A stretch of 64,000 bases of DNA, taken from positions 1,827 through 65,826 of the forward strand of contig NZ_JAPZSP010000019.1 in the NCBI RefSeq assembly GCF_027531705.1. Reading direction: 5' to 3'. The number at the start of each line of letters is the position of its first letter. Positions within the stretch are counted from its first letter, which is position 1. Of the stretch, positions 28,196-39,224 are shown one piece after another. Both the position numbers and the translations under genes were made by a program. The notes under the pieces were generated by a model. It was not told the DNA's origin and searched no databases. It saw only the letters and a list, made by a program, of their open reading frames with translations. Source of the stretch: Flavobacterium sp. Lineage in GTDB: Bacteria > Bacteroidota > Bacteroidia > Flavobacteriales > Flavobacteriaceae.

Positions 28196-29341
28196 ATGAA
28201 AAAAGCATTAATTCACGATTTGTTTATACAAAAAGGAGGTTCAGAAAAATGCGTAGAAAGTTTCACAAATATTTGGGATGACTTTGATATTTTCACCTTA
28301 ATAGACCATTTGTCAGACGATCATAGACAAATAATGTTAAAAGGAAAAAAAACTAAAACATCTTTTTTGCAAAAAATGCCATTTTCAAAAAAATTATTTA
28401 GGCATTATTTTCCTTTATATCCATATGCTGTTGAACAATTTGATTTTTCAGAATATGATTTAATTTTAAGCTCTTCGTATTCAGCTTGTAAAGGCGTGCT
28501 AACACGACCAGATCAATTGCACATTTCATATGTTTACTCACCAGTTCGTTATGCTTGGGATTTATATCATCAATATCTTAGAGAAGCAAATTTAAATAAA
28601 GGTTTGCTTGGTATACCAATAAAATGGATGCTCCACTATCTGAGAAATTGGGATGCTGGTACAGCTAATCGTCCAGATTATTATATAGCAATATCACATT
28701 ATATCGCCAAAAGAATTAAAAAGCTTTATGATAAGGATTCAATTGTGATTTACCCACCTGTTGACTGTACAAATTATATAATAGGAGAGGAAACAGGAGA
28801 TTATTATTTTACAACTTCAAGGATGGTACCATACAAAAAAATAAATCTTATTGTTGAAGCTTTTTCGAAAATGCCTGAAAAGAAACTTATTGTTGGAGGA
28901 GATGGTCCTGACTTTAAAAAAATAAGCAAACTCAAAACTTCAAATATTGAACTTTTAGGTTTTTTGGATAATAAAACTTTATTAAATTATACACAATCGG
29001 CAAAAGCTTTTATATTTGCAGCCGAAGAAGATTTTGGTATTGCACCTATAGAAGCCCAAGCATGTGGAATACCTGTTATTGCTTTTGGAAAAGGAGGAGC
29101 TTTAGAAACGATAGTCGGTTCTTTTGCTACTGAAAACAATGTGAAATCAACTGATACTGGGATGTTTTTCGAAAAACAAACAGTAGAATCATTAGTTAAT
29201 GCTGTCAATGTTTTTGAAAAAAATAAAGACAAATTTAACAAAAACACCATTAGAAATCAAGCTTTAAAATTTGATACTAAACGGTTTGAAAAAGAGTTTA
29301 AAGAAACCATTGAAAAAATTATAGCAACTCATAAGTTTTAA
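28196..29341 (+). CDS. GT4 glycosyltransferase (WbaZ-like)
   Basis: HD...GGSE, YVYSPVRYAWD, EEDFGIAPIEAQACG. Confidence 0.9.
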   Translation: MKKALIHDLFIQKGGSEKCVESFTNIWDDFDIFTLIDHLSDDHRQIMLKGKKTKTSFLQKMPFSKKLFRHYFPLYPYAVEQFDFSEYDLILSSSYSACKGVLTRPDQLHISYVYSPVRYAWDLYHQYLREANLNKGLLGIPIKWMLHYLRNWDAGTANRPDYYIAISHYIAKRIKKLYDKDSIVIYPPVDCTNYIIGEETGDYYFTTSRMVPYKKINLIVEAFSKMPEKKLIVGGDGPDFKKISKLKTSNIELLGFLDNKTLLNYTQSAKAFIFAAEEDFGIAPIEAQACGIPVIAFGKGGALETIVGSFATENNVKSTDTGMFFEKQTVESLVNAVNVFEKNKDKFNKNTIRNQALKFDTKRFEKEFKETIEKIIATHKF

Positions 29342-30376
29342 ATGAAAAAAGCGATTATTACTGGAATAACAGGACAGGACGGAGCCTATTTAGCTGAATT
29401 ATTACTTAAAAAAGGATATGAAGTCTATGGAACCTATAGACGCTCCAGTTCTATGAACTTTTGGAGAATAGAAGAATTAGGCATTCAAAACAACCCCAAT
29501 TTACACCTTTTAGAATACGATCTAAACGACCAAACAAGTAATATTCGGTTAATTGATAAAGTTCAGCCAGACGAAATATATAATCTTGCAGCTCAAAGTT
29601 TTGTTGGTGTTTCTTTTGACCAACCAATTGCTACTGCGCAAACAACAGGCGTAGGATGTTTACATCTTTTAGAAGCTATTAGAATAATAAATCCAAAAAT
29701 AAGATTTTATCAAGCATCTACATCAGAAATGTTTGGTAAAGTTCAGGAGATTCCTCAAACAGAAAATACTCCTTTTTATCCAAGAAGTCCTTATGGTGTT
29801 TCAAAGTTATTTGCACACTGGTCAACTATAAATTACAGAGAAAGTTACGACATATTTGGTGTTAGTGGTATTTTATTTAACCACGAATCACCTCTTAGAG
29901 GAAGAGAGTTTGTCACAAGAAAAATCACAGATACTGTAGCAAAAATCCACTTAGGAAAACAAGATAAGTTAGAATTAGGAAACCTTGATGCCCAAAGAGA
30001 TTGGGGTTATGCAAAAGAGTATGTTGATGGAATGTATAAAATGCTTCAACATGACACACCAGAAACATTTGTGTTAGCAACAAATGAAACACATACGGTT
30101 AGAAAATTTGTTGAATTATCATTTAATCGAATAGATGTTGAATTAGAATGGAAAGGAACAGCTGAAAATGAAAAGGGATATTGTACTAAGTCAGGAAAAG
30201 AATTAGTAGTAATAAATCCTAAATTTTACCGTCCAGCTGAAGTTGAACTTTTAATTGGTTCAGCTCAAAAAGCAAATGATTTATTAAATTGGAAACCGAA
30301 AACTGGTTTAGACGAATTATGTTCGTTAATGGTAGAAGCCGACATTAAAAGAAACAAGAATGGATTCTCTTTCTAA
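29342..30376 (+). CDS. gmd: GDP-mannose 4,6-dehydratase
   Basis: [47 protein letters not shown]. Confidence 0.97.
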   Translation: MKKAIITGITGQDGAYLAELLLKKGYEVYGTYRRSSSMNFWRIEELGIQNNPNLHLLEYDLNDQTSNIRLIDKVQPDEIYNLAAQSFVGVSFDQPIATAQTTGVGCLHLLEAIRIINPKIRFYQASTSEMFGKVQEIPQTENTPFYPRSPYGVSKLFAHWSTINYRESYDIFGVSGILFNHESPLRGREFVTRKITDTVAKIHLGKQDKLELGNLDAQRDWGYAKEYVDGMYKMLQHDTPETFVLATNETHTVRKFVELSFNRIDVELEWKGTAENEKGYCTKSGKELVVINPKFYRPAEVELLIGSAQKANDLLNWKPKTGLDELCSLMVEADIKRNKNGFSF

Positions 30377-31265
30377 TAAAGTTGTAATAACAGGAATCGG
30401 AGGTTTTACAGGCAAATATTTGTCAGAATATTTAACACAAAAAGGATATAATGTTTTTGGAATTTCCAATTTGGGAAATAAAGAAAATAAGACATACAAA
30501 TGTGATATAACAGATAAAAGTGAAGTTGAAACCGTTTTAAGGGAAATTCAACCTAATTATATTATCCATCTTGCAGCAATTTCATTTGTACAACATAATG
30601 ATATTCAAGAAATTTACAATGTAAATGTAATCGGTACTCAAAACATTCTTGAAGCGTGTTTAATTATAAAAGAAAGTTTAAAAAAAGTTATTTTAGCAAG
30701 TAGTGCAACGGTTTATGGCAATAATCCCAATGAGATGCTAAGTGAAGACATGTGTCCTAACCCCATAAACCATTATGGAATAAGCAAATTGGCAATGGAG
30801 CAAGTTGCTAAAACATATTTTACTAATTTGCCGATACTAATAACACGACCATTTAATTATACAGCACCTGGTCATGGAGAACAATTTGTTATACCAAAGA
30901 TTGCAAAAGCATTTGTTAACAAAGAAAAACAAATCGAATTAGGAAATCTTAATGTCTATAGAGAATATAATGCTATAGAGTTCGTGTGTGATGTATATTT
31001 TAAATTATTAGAATCTGAAACTACTTCTGCTATAGTAAATATTGCATCAGGAAATACCTACTCCTTAAATGATATTTTAAGTAAATTTGAAGAAAAATCT
31101 GGCCACAGAATAGAAGTTATTGTGAATCCAAATTTTGTTAGAAAAGATGAAATAAAAATACTTAAAGGTGATATTTCAAAATTGAAAAGCATTATTAATG
31201 TTGAGTTTTCAAATTCTATTGATAGCACAATAGTTAGTTTTTTATCAAAAACAGGTAATAAATAA
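30360..31265 (+). CDS. rmd: GDP-4-keto-6-deoxy-D-mannose reductase (GDP-D-rhamnose forming), Rmd-like SDR
   Basis: [28 protein letters not shown]; overlaps the gmd stop; lacks the Fcl-type N-terminus. Confidence 0.7.
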   Translation: MDSLSNKVVITGIGGFTGKYLSEYLTQKGYNVFGISNLGNKENKTYKCDITDKSEVETVLREIQPNYIIHLAAISFVQHNDIQEIYNVNVIGTQNILEACLIIKESLKKVILASSATVYGNNPNEMLSEDMCPNPINHYGISKLAMEQVAKTYFTNLPILITRPFNYTAPGHGEQFVIPKIAKAFVNKEKQIELGNLNVYREYNAIEFVCDVYFKLLESETTSAIVNIASGNTYSLNDILSKFEEKSGHRIEVIVNPNFVRKDEIKILKGDISKLKSIINVEFSNSIDSTIVSFLSKTGNK

Positions 31266-31284
31266 ATCAAATTTTCAATAGAAA

Positions 31285-32601
31285 ATGCCAAAAAATAAGA
31301 TTCTAGAAATTTTCAAAAACTTTGATTTTACTAACAAAACAAATCTATTTATTTTTTTGTTAGCCCTACCGCTTATAACAATTCCATTACCACCATTTTA
31401 CAATAGTGCTGCAACAATTATATTAGTGTTGTTTTCTTTTTCAGGTTTTTTCAAGTTGAAATTCAAATTCGATTTAACACTTTTTTTGCCTATAATTCTT
31501 TTTATACTGATGCTATTATCTTTAGTATGGTCAACAGATTTGAATTACTCAATTAAAGGCTTACAGAAAAATGTACCATTTTTACTTATTCCATTACTAT
31601 TTTTATACATCCAAAAATTTGACAAAAAAACACTTTATAAATCTATTAGACTTTACGCATTCAGTATGGTATTTTTTGCATTGTTTTCATTTGCAAAGGC
31701 TTTTATAAAGTATTTTCAAACATCAAATAAAGATGTTTTTCTATATAATGAGTTAGTATCAGTTGAGCTTAATGCTATATATATTGCAGCTTTTGCTTCT
31801 TTTTGTTTATTTTATTTTATTTTACTTAAAAACAAAAAAACAATTGACCTTATAGCAATATATATTTTAGTACTATTTATTGTATTACTAAACTCCAAGA
31901 CTGTTTTTTTTATTGATTTTATATTATTAATTTGGTTTTATGCAAAAAAAGGGGTTGCACATAGTAGTGTTAAGTGGGTAACAATTACATTGGGTATAAC
32001 TTTTTTATTTTTGTCTTATATATATGTGCCACAAGTCCATGATAGAGTGGTAAGCGAATATGAAACAGCATTTGTTGATAACACAATATATGCAGATTCA
32101 AAAAACAATGATAATAAAATATATAATGTCAGCCTACAACAAGCATGGAGTAAACCTAGTTTTGAAACCAATGAGTTTTTTCCAGGAACAGCTTACAGAG
32201 TTTTTCAAGCAAGAATTTTCAAAGAAATACTAAAAGAACAAAATATCTGGTTAACTGGATTTGGAATTAATGCCTCCGATAAAGAAATTATTGCAAAACA
32301 TCAGCAATATAAATTATTTGAAGACTATAACTATCATAATTTTCACAATCAATACATACAGATATTTGCTGAATTGGGAATTTTTGGACTATTAATTTTT
32401 ATTACAATGTTATTTTTAAATTTAAAAAATGCATTATTAAATAATAATTTTCTTCATATTGTGTTTGCTATTACAATGATTATATTATTTTTGACAGAAT
32501 CTGTTTTGTGTAGGCAAAAAGGCATATTATTTTTTATTACCTTGTATTGCATATTCAATTCGATGGAACAAAATAGAAAAATCAAAATAAGTAGGAAATG
32601 A
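31285..32601 (+). CDS. O-antigen ligase-like (Wzy_C) membrane protein
   Basis: Multi-TM; [27 protein letters not shown]. Confidence 0.8.
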   Translation: MPKNKILEIFKNFDFTNKTNLFIFLLALPLITIPLPPFYNSAATIILVLFSFSGFFKLKFKFDLTLFLPIILFILMLLSLVWSTDLNYSIKGLQKNVPFLLIPLLFLYIQKFDKKTLYKSIRLYAFSMVFFALFSFAKAFIKYFQTSNKDVFLYNELVSVELNAIYIAAFASFCLFYFILLKNKKTIDLIAIYILVLFIVLLNSKTVFFIDFILLIWFYAKKGVAHSSVKWVTITLGITFLFLSYIYVPQVHDRVVSEYETAFVDNTIYADSKNNDNKIYNVSLQQAWSKPSFETNEFFPGTAYRVFQARIFKEILKEQNIWLTGFGINASDKEIIAKHQQYKLFEDYNYHNFHNQYIQIFAELGIFGLLIFITMLFLNLKNALLNNNFLHIVFAITMIILFLTESVLCRQKGILFFITLYCIFNSMEQNRKIKISRK

Positions 32602-33581
32602 AAAGAATATTAATAACAGGAGCTGCAGGTTTTTTAGGATCACATTTATGTGATAGATTTATAAAGGAAGGTTATTTTGTAATTGGGATGGATAATCTTA
32701 TAACTGGAGATTTAAAGAATATAGAACATCTTTTTAAGCTTGAAAACTTTGAATTTTACCATCATGATATTACAAAGTTTGTACATGTTCCTGGTCAACT
32801 AGATTATATTCTTCATTTTGCATCGCCAGCAAGTCCAATAGATTATCTAAAAATTCCTATCCAAACATTAAAAGTTGGATCATTGGGAACACACAATTTA
32901 TTAGGTCTTGCAAGAGTAAAAAAAGCAAGAATTTTAATTGCATCAACCTCTGAAATTTACGGCGATCCGTTGGTGCATCCGCAAACAGAAGAATACTACG
33001 GAAATGTAAACACAATAGGTCCAAGAGGCGTTTATGATGAAGCCAAACGCTTCCAAGAGTCAATAACAATGGCTTATCATACTTTCCACGGTGTAGAAAC
33101 TAGAATTGTTAGAATATTTAACACATACGGTCCAAGAATGCGATTAAACGATGGTCGTGTAATTCCAGCTTTCATTGGTCAAGCATTGAGAGGCGAAGAC
33201 TTAACTATCTTTGGAGATGGAATGCAAACACGTTCATTTTGTTATGTAGATGATCAGGTCGAAGGAATATATAGATTATTACATTCAGATTATCATTTGC
33301 CTGTAAACATTGGTAATCCTGATGAAATTACCATAAAAGATTTTGCCGAAGAAATAATAAAACTGACAGGAACCAATCAAAAAGTTGTTTATCATCCATT
33401 ACCAATGAATGATCCTTTACAACGTCAACCAAACACGTCAAAAGCTAAAGAAATTCTTGGCTGGGAAGCAAAGGTCAATAGAGCCGAAGGAATGAAAATA
33501 ACTTATGAATACTTTAAATCTTTATCTTCGGAAGAACTTTTGAAAGAAGAACATAAAGATTTTTCGAAATATATTGTATAA
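32598..33581 (+). CDS. UDP-glucuronate decarboxylase (UDP-xylose synthase)
   Basis: [43 protein letters not shown]. Confidence 0.9.
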   Translation: MKRILITGAAGFLGSHLCDRFIKEGYFVIGMDNLITGDLKNIEHLFKLENFEFYHHDITKFVHVPGQLDYILHFASPASPIDYLKIPIQTLKVGSLGTHNLLGLARVKKARILIASTSEIYGDPLVHPQTEEYYGNVNTIGPRGVYDEAKRFQESITMAYHTFHGVETRIVRIFNTYGPRMRLNDGRVIPAFIGQALRGEDLTIFGDGMQTRSFCYVDDQVEGIYRLLHSDYHLPVNIGNPDEITIKDFAEEIIKLTGTNQKVVYHPLPMNDPLQRQPNTSKAKEILGWEAKVNRAEGMKITYEYFKSLSSEELLKEEHKDFSKYIV

Positions 33582-33582
33582 A

Positions 33583-34905
33583 ATGTCAAAAATAACAAGG
33601 CGTTATTTAAAATATATAACACTATTATCCTATTTTATAGATCTAGTAATATTAAATCTATTTGCAAAAAGAATTTTTCCTTTTGAAAATTTTTCATTAT
33701 ATTACAGTCTATTTATTGTTTTATCTTGGACGATAATCTCCTTAAATATTGATTTTTATCATATTAGAAGATTATCAAATATTAGATCTATCATTATAAA
33801 AATTGTAAAACAATTTGTCGTTTTTACAGTTATTTGTTATGCTTTTTCAGGTATCTATAAACCTCAATCGGACACTACTTTAGTAATAAAGTATACATTA
33901 TTTTCATTCTTGTTTATTTCTATTATTAAGATTTTACATTTTTATTTAACTAAAAAATTTCAAAAAGTTAAGAAAGTTATAATTATCGGTAAGAAAGAAA
34001 ACACGTTAGAATTAAAAAACTTTTTTAATGAAAATCCAAGTTTAGGATACAAATTGATAGACGTTTTAAACATTAATAGTCTTCAGTGTATGGAAGAAAG
34101 CATTTCTTTTATTGAAGAAAACAAAATTGATGAAATTTATTGTTCGCTTAATGATATGGACAAAGATCAGCTGTTTTTTTATTCAAACTACGCAGATAAT
34201 AATTTAAAGTCACTAAAGTTTATTGCAAATGAAAAAGAATTATTAATTTCTAATTATAAAATAGAATATTACGGGCATATTCCAATAGCTTCCTATATAA
34301 ACATTCACAATGAAGACAAAACTTTACTTTTACTAAAAAGAATTTTTGATGTTGTTTTTTCATTGGTAATTGCAGTGTTGGTTTTATCTTGGTTGGTTCC
34401 AATAATAGCTGTTATTATAAAATTGACGTCAAAAGGGCCAATTTTTTATTTACAAGAAAGAATAGGTAAAGATGAACATCCTTTCAAAATAATAAAATTT
34501 AGATCGATGAAGATTGATGCAGAAGCATCTGGACCCAAATTATCTTCAGATAATGATAACAGAATAACACCAATTGGAAAAATTATTCGAAAGTATAGAA
34601 TTGATGAATTTCCACAATTTATTAATGTTCTTAAAGGCGATATGTCAATCGTAGGGCCAAGACCAGAAAGAGAGTTTTTTATCAATGAAATACTTAAGGT
34701 TAATCCAAAGTATAAAAGATTGCACAACGTAAAACCAGGAATAACTTCTTTAGGGCAAGTATATTATGGTTATGCTGAAAATATTTCTGAAATGGATAAA
34801 CGATTACAATATGATTTATTGTATCTTAAAAATTTTAGTTTTATAACAGATATAAAAATAATTTTACTAACAATAGCAATAGTTTTTAAAGGAAAAGGGA
34901 AATAA
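33583..34905 (+). CDS. Initiating polyprenyl-phosphate sugar phosphotransferase (WcaJ/WbaP-like)
   Basis: N-terminal TMs, then KRIFD, KFRSM, DEFPQFINVLKGDMSIVGPRP, KPGIT. Confidence 0.9.
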   Translation: MSKITRRYLKYITLLSYFIDLVILNLFAKRIFPFENFSLYYSLFIVLSWTIISLNIDFYHIRRLSNIRSIIIKIVKQFVVFTVICYAFSGIYKPQSDTTLVIKYTLFSFLFISIIKILHFYLTKKFQKVKKVIIIGKKENTLELKNFFNENPSLGYKLIDVLNINSLQCMEESISFIEENKIDEIYCSLNDMDKDQLFFYSNYADNNLKSLKFIANEKELLISNYKIEYYGHIPIASYINIHNEDKTLLLLKRIFDVVFSLVIAVLVLSWLVPIIAVIIKLTSKGPIFYLQERIGKDEHPFKIIKFRSMKIDAEASGPKLSSDNDNRITPIGKIIRKYRIDEFPQFINVLKGDMSIVGPRPEREFFINEILKVNPKYKRLHNVKPGITSLGQVYYGYAENISEMDKRLQYDLLYLKNFSFITDIKIILLTIAIVFKGKGK

Positions 34906-34936
34906 ATTTCTTTAAATAGTATTTACGAAAAATCTT

Positions 34937-35689
34937 TTGAAAAACTTAGTCTCCATAATAACTCCAACTTACAATTCTGAAAAATTTATTTCCGAAACCA
35001 TTCAGTCGGTTTTAAATCAAACCTATCAAAATTGGGAAATGATAATTGTTGACGATTGTTCTTCTGATAATACAAAAACTTTAACCGAAGAATGGTCTAA
35101 AAAAGACACCAGAATCAAATCAATTGCCTTGGAAACTAATTCTGGCCCAGCAAAAGCTAGAAATGCTGGAATTGAACTCGCAGCAGGTAATTACATGACG
35201 TTTCTAGATGCAGACGATATTTGGTTTCCTGATTTTATCGAAAATAGTATTAAAACAATTGAGCAAACAGGAATTCATTTTGTATTCTCATCTTATAAAC
35301 GCTCAAATGAAAACCTAGAATTTGTTTATTCTGATTTTATTGTGCCTCAAAAAGTAACTTATACTGATATTTTAAAATCAAATTCTATAAGTTGCTTAAC
35401 CGCTTTTGTTGACATAAAAACGCTTGGAAAGAAGAGAATGCCAGAAATTTTCAAAAGACAAGATATGGGTTTGTGGTTACAATATCTAAAAGAAATCCCA
35501 TATGCATACGGAATTCAAGAACCAAAAGCCATTTACCGAATTAGAGAAAATTCATTGTCAAGAAACAAAAAAAATCTAATCAAATATCAATGGCAATTTT
35601 ACCGTGAAGTAGAAAAATTATCTGTTTTTCAATCTATATACTATATGTTACAATGGATGTATCGCGGTTTTATGAAATATAGAAATTAG
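34937..35689 (+). CDS. GT2 glycosyltransferase (TuaG-like)
   Basis: VSIITPTYN, VDDCS, FLDADD. Confidence 0.9.
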   Translation: MKNLVSIITPTYNSEKFISETIQSVLNQTYQNWEMIIVDDCSSDNTKTLTEEWSKKDTRIKSIALETNSGPAKARNAGIELAAGNYMTFLDADDIWFPDFIENSIKTIEQTGIHFVFSSYKRSNENLEFVYSDFIVPQKVTYTDILKSNSISCLTAFVDIKTLGKKRMPEIFKRQDMGLWLQYLKEIPYAYGIQEPKAIYRIRENSLSRNKKNLIKYQWQFYREVEKLSVFQSIYYMLQWMYRGFMKYRN

Positions 35690-35695
35690 TATATA

Positions 35696-36220
35696 TTATT
35701 TGTATCCAATTTTTGTTCGTGGTTTTATTTTTTCTTCTTTTTCTGTTAATTCATCTAAATAACTAAAAACCAATTCGATGTTTTTATCGTGATTTGCTAA
35801 TTTCTTTTGGATTTGAGCAATATCTAATTTAATTTCGGTTGTATCCAGTAGCATTTGTCTGACTTTTGTAAATATTCGCATTATCTGAATATTTGTTTGA
35901 ATAGCTTTGTCACTATTCAAAACACTTGAAAGCATAAGCACGCCATGTTCTGTAAAAGCCATCGGAGCATATCGTAAACCCATTTTGTCTGAATTGGAGG
36001 TCACAATTTGTGATCTCCAATTTGCCAACTCTTCTTTTGATAATTCAAACATAAAATCTTCAGGAAATCTATCAATATTTCTTCTAACCGCTTGTTTTAA
36101 AACTCGTGTTTCTATACCATAAAGCAATGCTAAATCTCTATCTATCATTACTTTTTGATTTCTAATAAAGTAAATTTTATTTGAAATTGTTTCTTCTGAA
36201 ATAATTAAATTTTGGCTCAT
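35696..36220 (-). CDS. ORF6N-domain DNA-binding protein
   Basis: IRNQKVMIDRDLALLYG..T..LKQAVRRN..RFPEDFMF, FTEHGVLMLSSVLNS, terminal IGYK. Confidence 0.9.
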   Translation of the reverse strand: MSQNLIISEETISNKIYFIRNQKVMIDRDLALLYGIETRVLKQAVRRNIDRFPEDFMFELSKEELANWRSQIVTSNSDKMGLRYAPMAFTEHGVLMLSSVLNSDKAIQTNIQIMRIFTKVRQMLLDTTEIKLDIAQIQKKLANHDKNIELVFSYLDELTEKEEKIKPRTKIGYK

Positions 36221-36244
36221 AGTATTTGTTTTGTGGTTTATATT

Positions 36245-37558
36245 TTATTTTAGCATCGACTGAAACTGTTTTAACTTGCCACTTTTACTTCTTTGTAATT
36301 TGTCTTTTCGGGTGAAAATAAAATTCAAATTATCTTCAAGATATAATCGAATAGCTTTTTCAATTTCTAAAATTTGATTCGAGTTTAATTCGTTTTCACT
36401 TACATATTCTATCTCAAAAGTGTCTAGTTTGGTTTGTTTTACAATGAATTCTTTCACATTTCCGTCGTCTTCAATAATGCTTTTAGTAACATAATAAAAA
36501 GTCAAACCAGGCGATTTTTTTCCACTTGGTAAAATAGCAACATCATTTGTTCTACCAATTAATTTCTTGAAAAGCGGTTTTTTGAATGTGCTTTTCTCAT
36601 CCAAAACCCCAATATCACCAATATCATATCGTATAAATGGATGTGCTTTATTATAAAGCGAAGTAATCACAACACGACCTTCTTGTCCGTAAGGTAAAAC
36701 GTTATTATGTTCATCAATAATTTCAACAAATAACGTTTCGGAATTCACTTGCCACTCACCGTTACGATTTTGAAAAGCAATCAAATCAAGTTCAGATGCA
36801 CCATATTCATTCACAATTGGAATTCCAAATTGGTTTTCAAGCAAAATTTTATCATCATCAAAAAGCATTTCTGAAGTAACCATGCATACTTTCAATGTTG
36901 GACAAACGTCTTTTAATACCACATTTTTTTTCTGCAAAAACTTAGCAAATAACACTATTGAACTTGTATAACCATTGATATAATCAAATTTTTTAGTTTT
37001 GAAAATAGCCAAATATTTTTCTAAAACTTCATCTGATAAATTGAAAACCGAAAAGCGATATCTTCGGCTTAGCCAATCTTTTAAAAGTTCTTTTTTGTTT
37101 CCAATAAAATCTAACGGAATGCCATAAAATCGAGCTTGATATGATGTGTTAAAATCAACTCCAAACCAACCAAATCTATAAATTACACTTGCCCAAGTTA
37201 GCGCATGACAAGGTTTGTCTTTAGCAAAAATAAACGGATCACCACTTGAACCTGAAGTTTTATTTACATAAACATTTTTGGGTGTAAATCCTTTCGAAAG
37301 CCTTTCTTTTAATGGTTTTTGAAAGTTTTTTTTGGTCATAACGGGTAAGTCTTCCCATTTTTCAAAAGAATCTTTTCCAACTATTTCAAGATAATATGGA
37401 TTGTATTTTAAATGATATTCGGTAATTTCTTTCCTTTTTTGTAATACATATGCTTCATAATTTTCATCAGAAACAGAAAGAATTTTTTCAAAAGCAATTT
37501 TGGCTTTCTTTATAGGAAAACCATTTAAAATAAGTGATAAGTCGAAAAGTTTGAACAC
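36245..37558 (-). CDS. Phenylacetate-CoA ligase / CapK-like adenylating enzyme
   Basis: TSGSSGDP, NEYGASE, IRYDIGD, IGRTND. Confidence 0.85.
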   Translation of the reverse strand: MFKLFDLSLILNGFPIKKAKIAFEKILSVSDENYEAYVLQKRKEITEYHLKYNPYYLEIVGKDSFEKWEDLPVMTKKNFQKPLKERLSKGFTPKNVYVNKTSGSSGDPFIFAKDKPCHALTWASVIYRFGWFGVDFNTSYQARFYGIPLDFIGNKKELLKDWLSRRYRFSVFNLSDEVLEKYLAIFKTKKFDYINGYTSSIVLFAKFLQKKNVVLKDVCPTLKVCMVTSEMLFDDDKILLENQFGIPIVNEYGASELDLIAFQNRNGEWQVNSETLFVEIIDEHNNVLPYGQEGRVVITSLYNKAHPFIRYDIGDIGVLDEKSTFKKPLFKKLIGRTNDVAILPSGKKSPGLTFYYVTKSIIEDDGNVKEFIVKQTKLDTFEIEYVSENELNSNQILEIEKAIRLYLEDNLNFIFTRKDKLQRSKSGKLKQFQSMLK

Positions 37559-37678
37559 GAAATGTCTATTTTCATCAAAAATAGCAAATCACAAAATGAT
37601 AAACTAAAAACTAAAAACTTTTTATCATTATATCTTCAAAACAAACTATTTTTGCAAGACAACATAACAACACACACA

Positions 37679-38953
37679 ATGACAATTTTACTACTAGGTT
37701 CGGGCGGAAGAGAACACGCATTAGCATGGAAAATACTTCAAAGTAAACAATGCAAAAACCTTTTTGTAGCTCCTGGAAATGCCGGAACTGCCGAAATTGC
37801 AACAAATGTTAACCTAGACATTTTGAATTTTGAAGAAATAAAAGCATTTGTGCTAAAAGAAAATATTTCAATGGTTGTGGTTGGCCCAGAAGATCCATTG
37901 GTTCATGGAATTTATGATTTTTTCAAAAATGATTCTCAATTAAATAATATACCAGTAATTGGCCCATCTAAAGTTGGTGCGCAACTCGAAGGCAGTAAAG
38001 AATTTGCCAAAGAGTTTTTAATTAAACACAAAATACCAACCGCAGCTTACGATAGTTTTACGGCGCAAACGGTTGAAAAAGGATGTAAATTTTTAGAAAC
38101 TCTACAACCGCCTTACGTTTTGAAAGCTGATGGATTGGCTGCTGGAAAAGGTGTTTTAATAATTCAAGATTTGAATGAAGCTAAAGATGAACTGAGAAAT
38201 ATGTTGGTTCACGCAAAGTTTGGACAAGCAAGTTCAAAAGTGGTTATTGAAGAATTTTTAGACGGAATCGAATTAAGCTGTTTTGTTTTAACTGATGGAA
38301 AAAATTATAAAATTCTACCAACTGCAAAAGATTACAAACGAATTGGAGAAGGCGATACAGGATTAAATACAGGCGGAATGGGAGCTGTTTCTCCAGTGCC
38401 ATTTGCAGATGCTGTTTTGTTAGAAAAAATTGAGAATCGTATTTTGAAACCAACAATTGAAGGTTTGCAAAAAGACGGAATAGAATACAAAGGATTTGTT
38501 TTTATTGGTCTAATCAATGTAAAAGGCGAACCAATGGTTATAGAATACAACGTTCGAATGGGCGATCCCGAAACAGAAGTTGTGATTCCAAGATTAAAGT
38601 CTGATTTGGTTGAATTGTTTCAAGCGGTTGCTTATGAAAAACTAAATGAAGTTTCTTTAGAAATTGACGAAAGAAGTGCCGCTACAATAATGGTTGTTTC
38701 TGGCGGATACCCTGAAGATTATGAAAAAGGAAAACAAATTTCAGGCATTGAAAATATTGAAGATTCGCTAGTTTTTCATGCAGGAACAAAATTAGAAAAC
38801 GGAAAAGTAGTTACAAATGGTGGTAGAGTTATAGCAGTGACATCGTTTGGAAATGATTTTCAAGAAGCCACAAAAAAATCTTATCAAAACATAGAAAAGC
38901 TACATTTTGATAAGATGTATTTTAGAAAAGATATTGGCTTAGACTTATTTTAA
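37679..38953 (+). CDS. purD: Phosphoribosylamine-glycine ligase
   Basis: ILLLGSGGREHA, KADGLAAGKGV, NTGGMG, EYNVRMGDPE. Start moved to 37679, after TATTTTTG at 37647-37654. Confidence 0.97.
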   Translation: MTILLLGSGGREHALAWKILQSKQCKNLFVAPGNAGTAEIATNVNLDILNFEEIKAFVLKENISMVVVGPEDPLVHGIYDFFKNDSQLNNIPVIGPSKVGAQLEGSKEFAKEFLIKHKIPTAAYDSFTAQTVEKGCKFLETLQPPYVLKADGLAAGKGVLIIQDLNEAKDELRNMLVHAKFGQASSKVVIEEFLDGIELSCFVLTDGKNYKILPTAKDYKRIGEGDTGLNTGGMGAVSPVPFADAVLLEKIENRILKPTIEGLQKDGIEYKGFVFIGLINVKGEPMVIEYNVRMGDPETEVVIPRLKSDLVELFQAVAYEKLNEVSLEIDERSAATIMVVSGGYPEDYEKGKQISGIENIEDSLVFHAGTKLENGKVVTNGGRVIAVTSFGNDFQEATKKSYQNIEKLHFDKMYFRKDIGLDLF

Positions 38954-39175
38954 GAAAGAATGAGCTGTTGTATCTTGGTTTTCTTCGTTGTTATCTTGAT
39001 GAATAGCTAATTGTTTACACCAATAAACAATATAGTAAGCACACACAATCATCAAAATCCAATTGAAAATGTTAGCACCAAACCAACTTGACAATTCTAA
39101 CTTTCTAAAAAAGTTTTGAGGGATAAAAAGAATATTTTCAAAAATCCACTGTATTCCTTCGAAAAATGTTTTCAT
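38945..39175 (-). CDS. Small conserved membrane protein (DUF6341-like)
   Basis: One TM helix, terminal E..D.TAHSFL; -7 box on the minus strand at 39205-39212. Confidence 0.65.
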   Translation of the reverse strand: MKTFFEGIQWIFENILFIPQNFFRKLELSSWFGANIFNWILMIVCAYYIVYWCKQLAIHQDNNEENQDTTAHSFLK

Positions 39176-39224
39176 TTTTTAAACAAGTATTATATTTACA
39201 TTTACAAAAGTATAAAATATCCTC

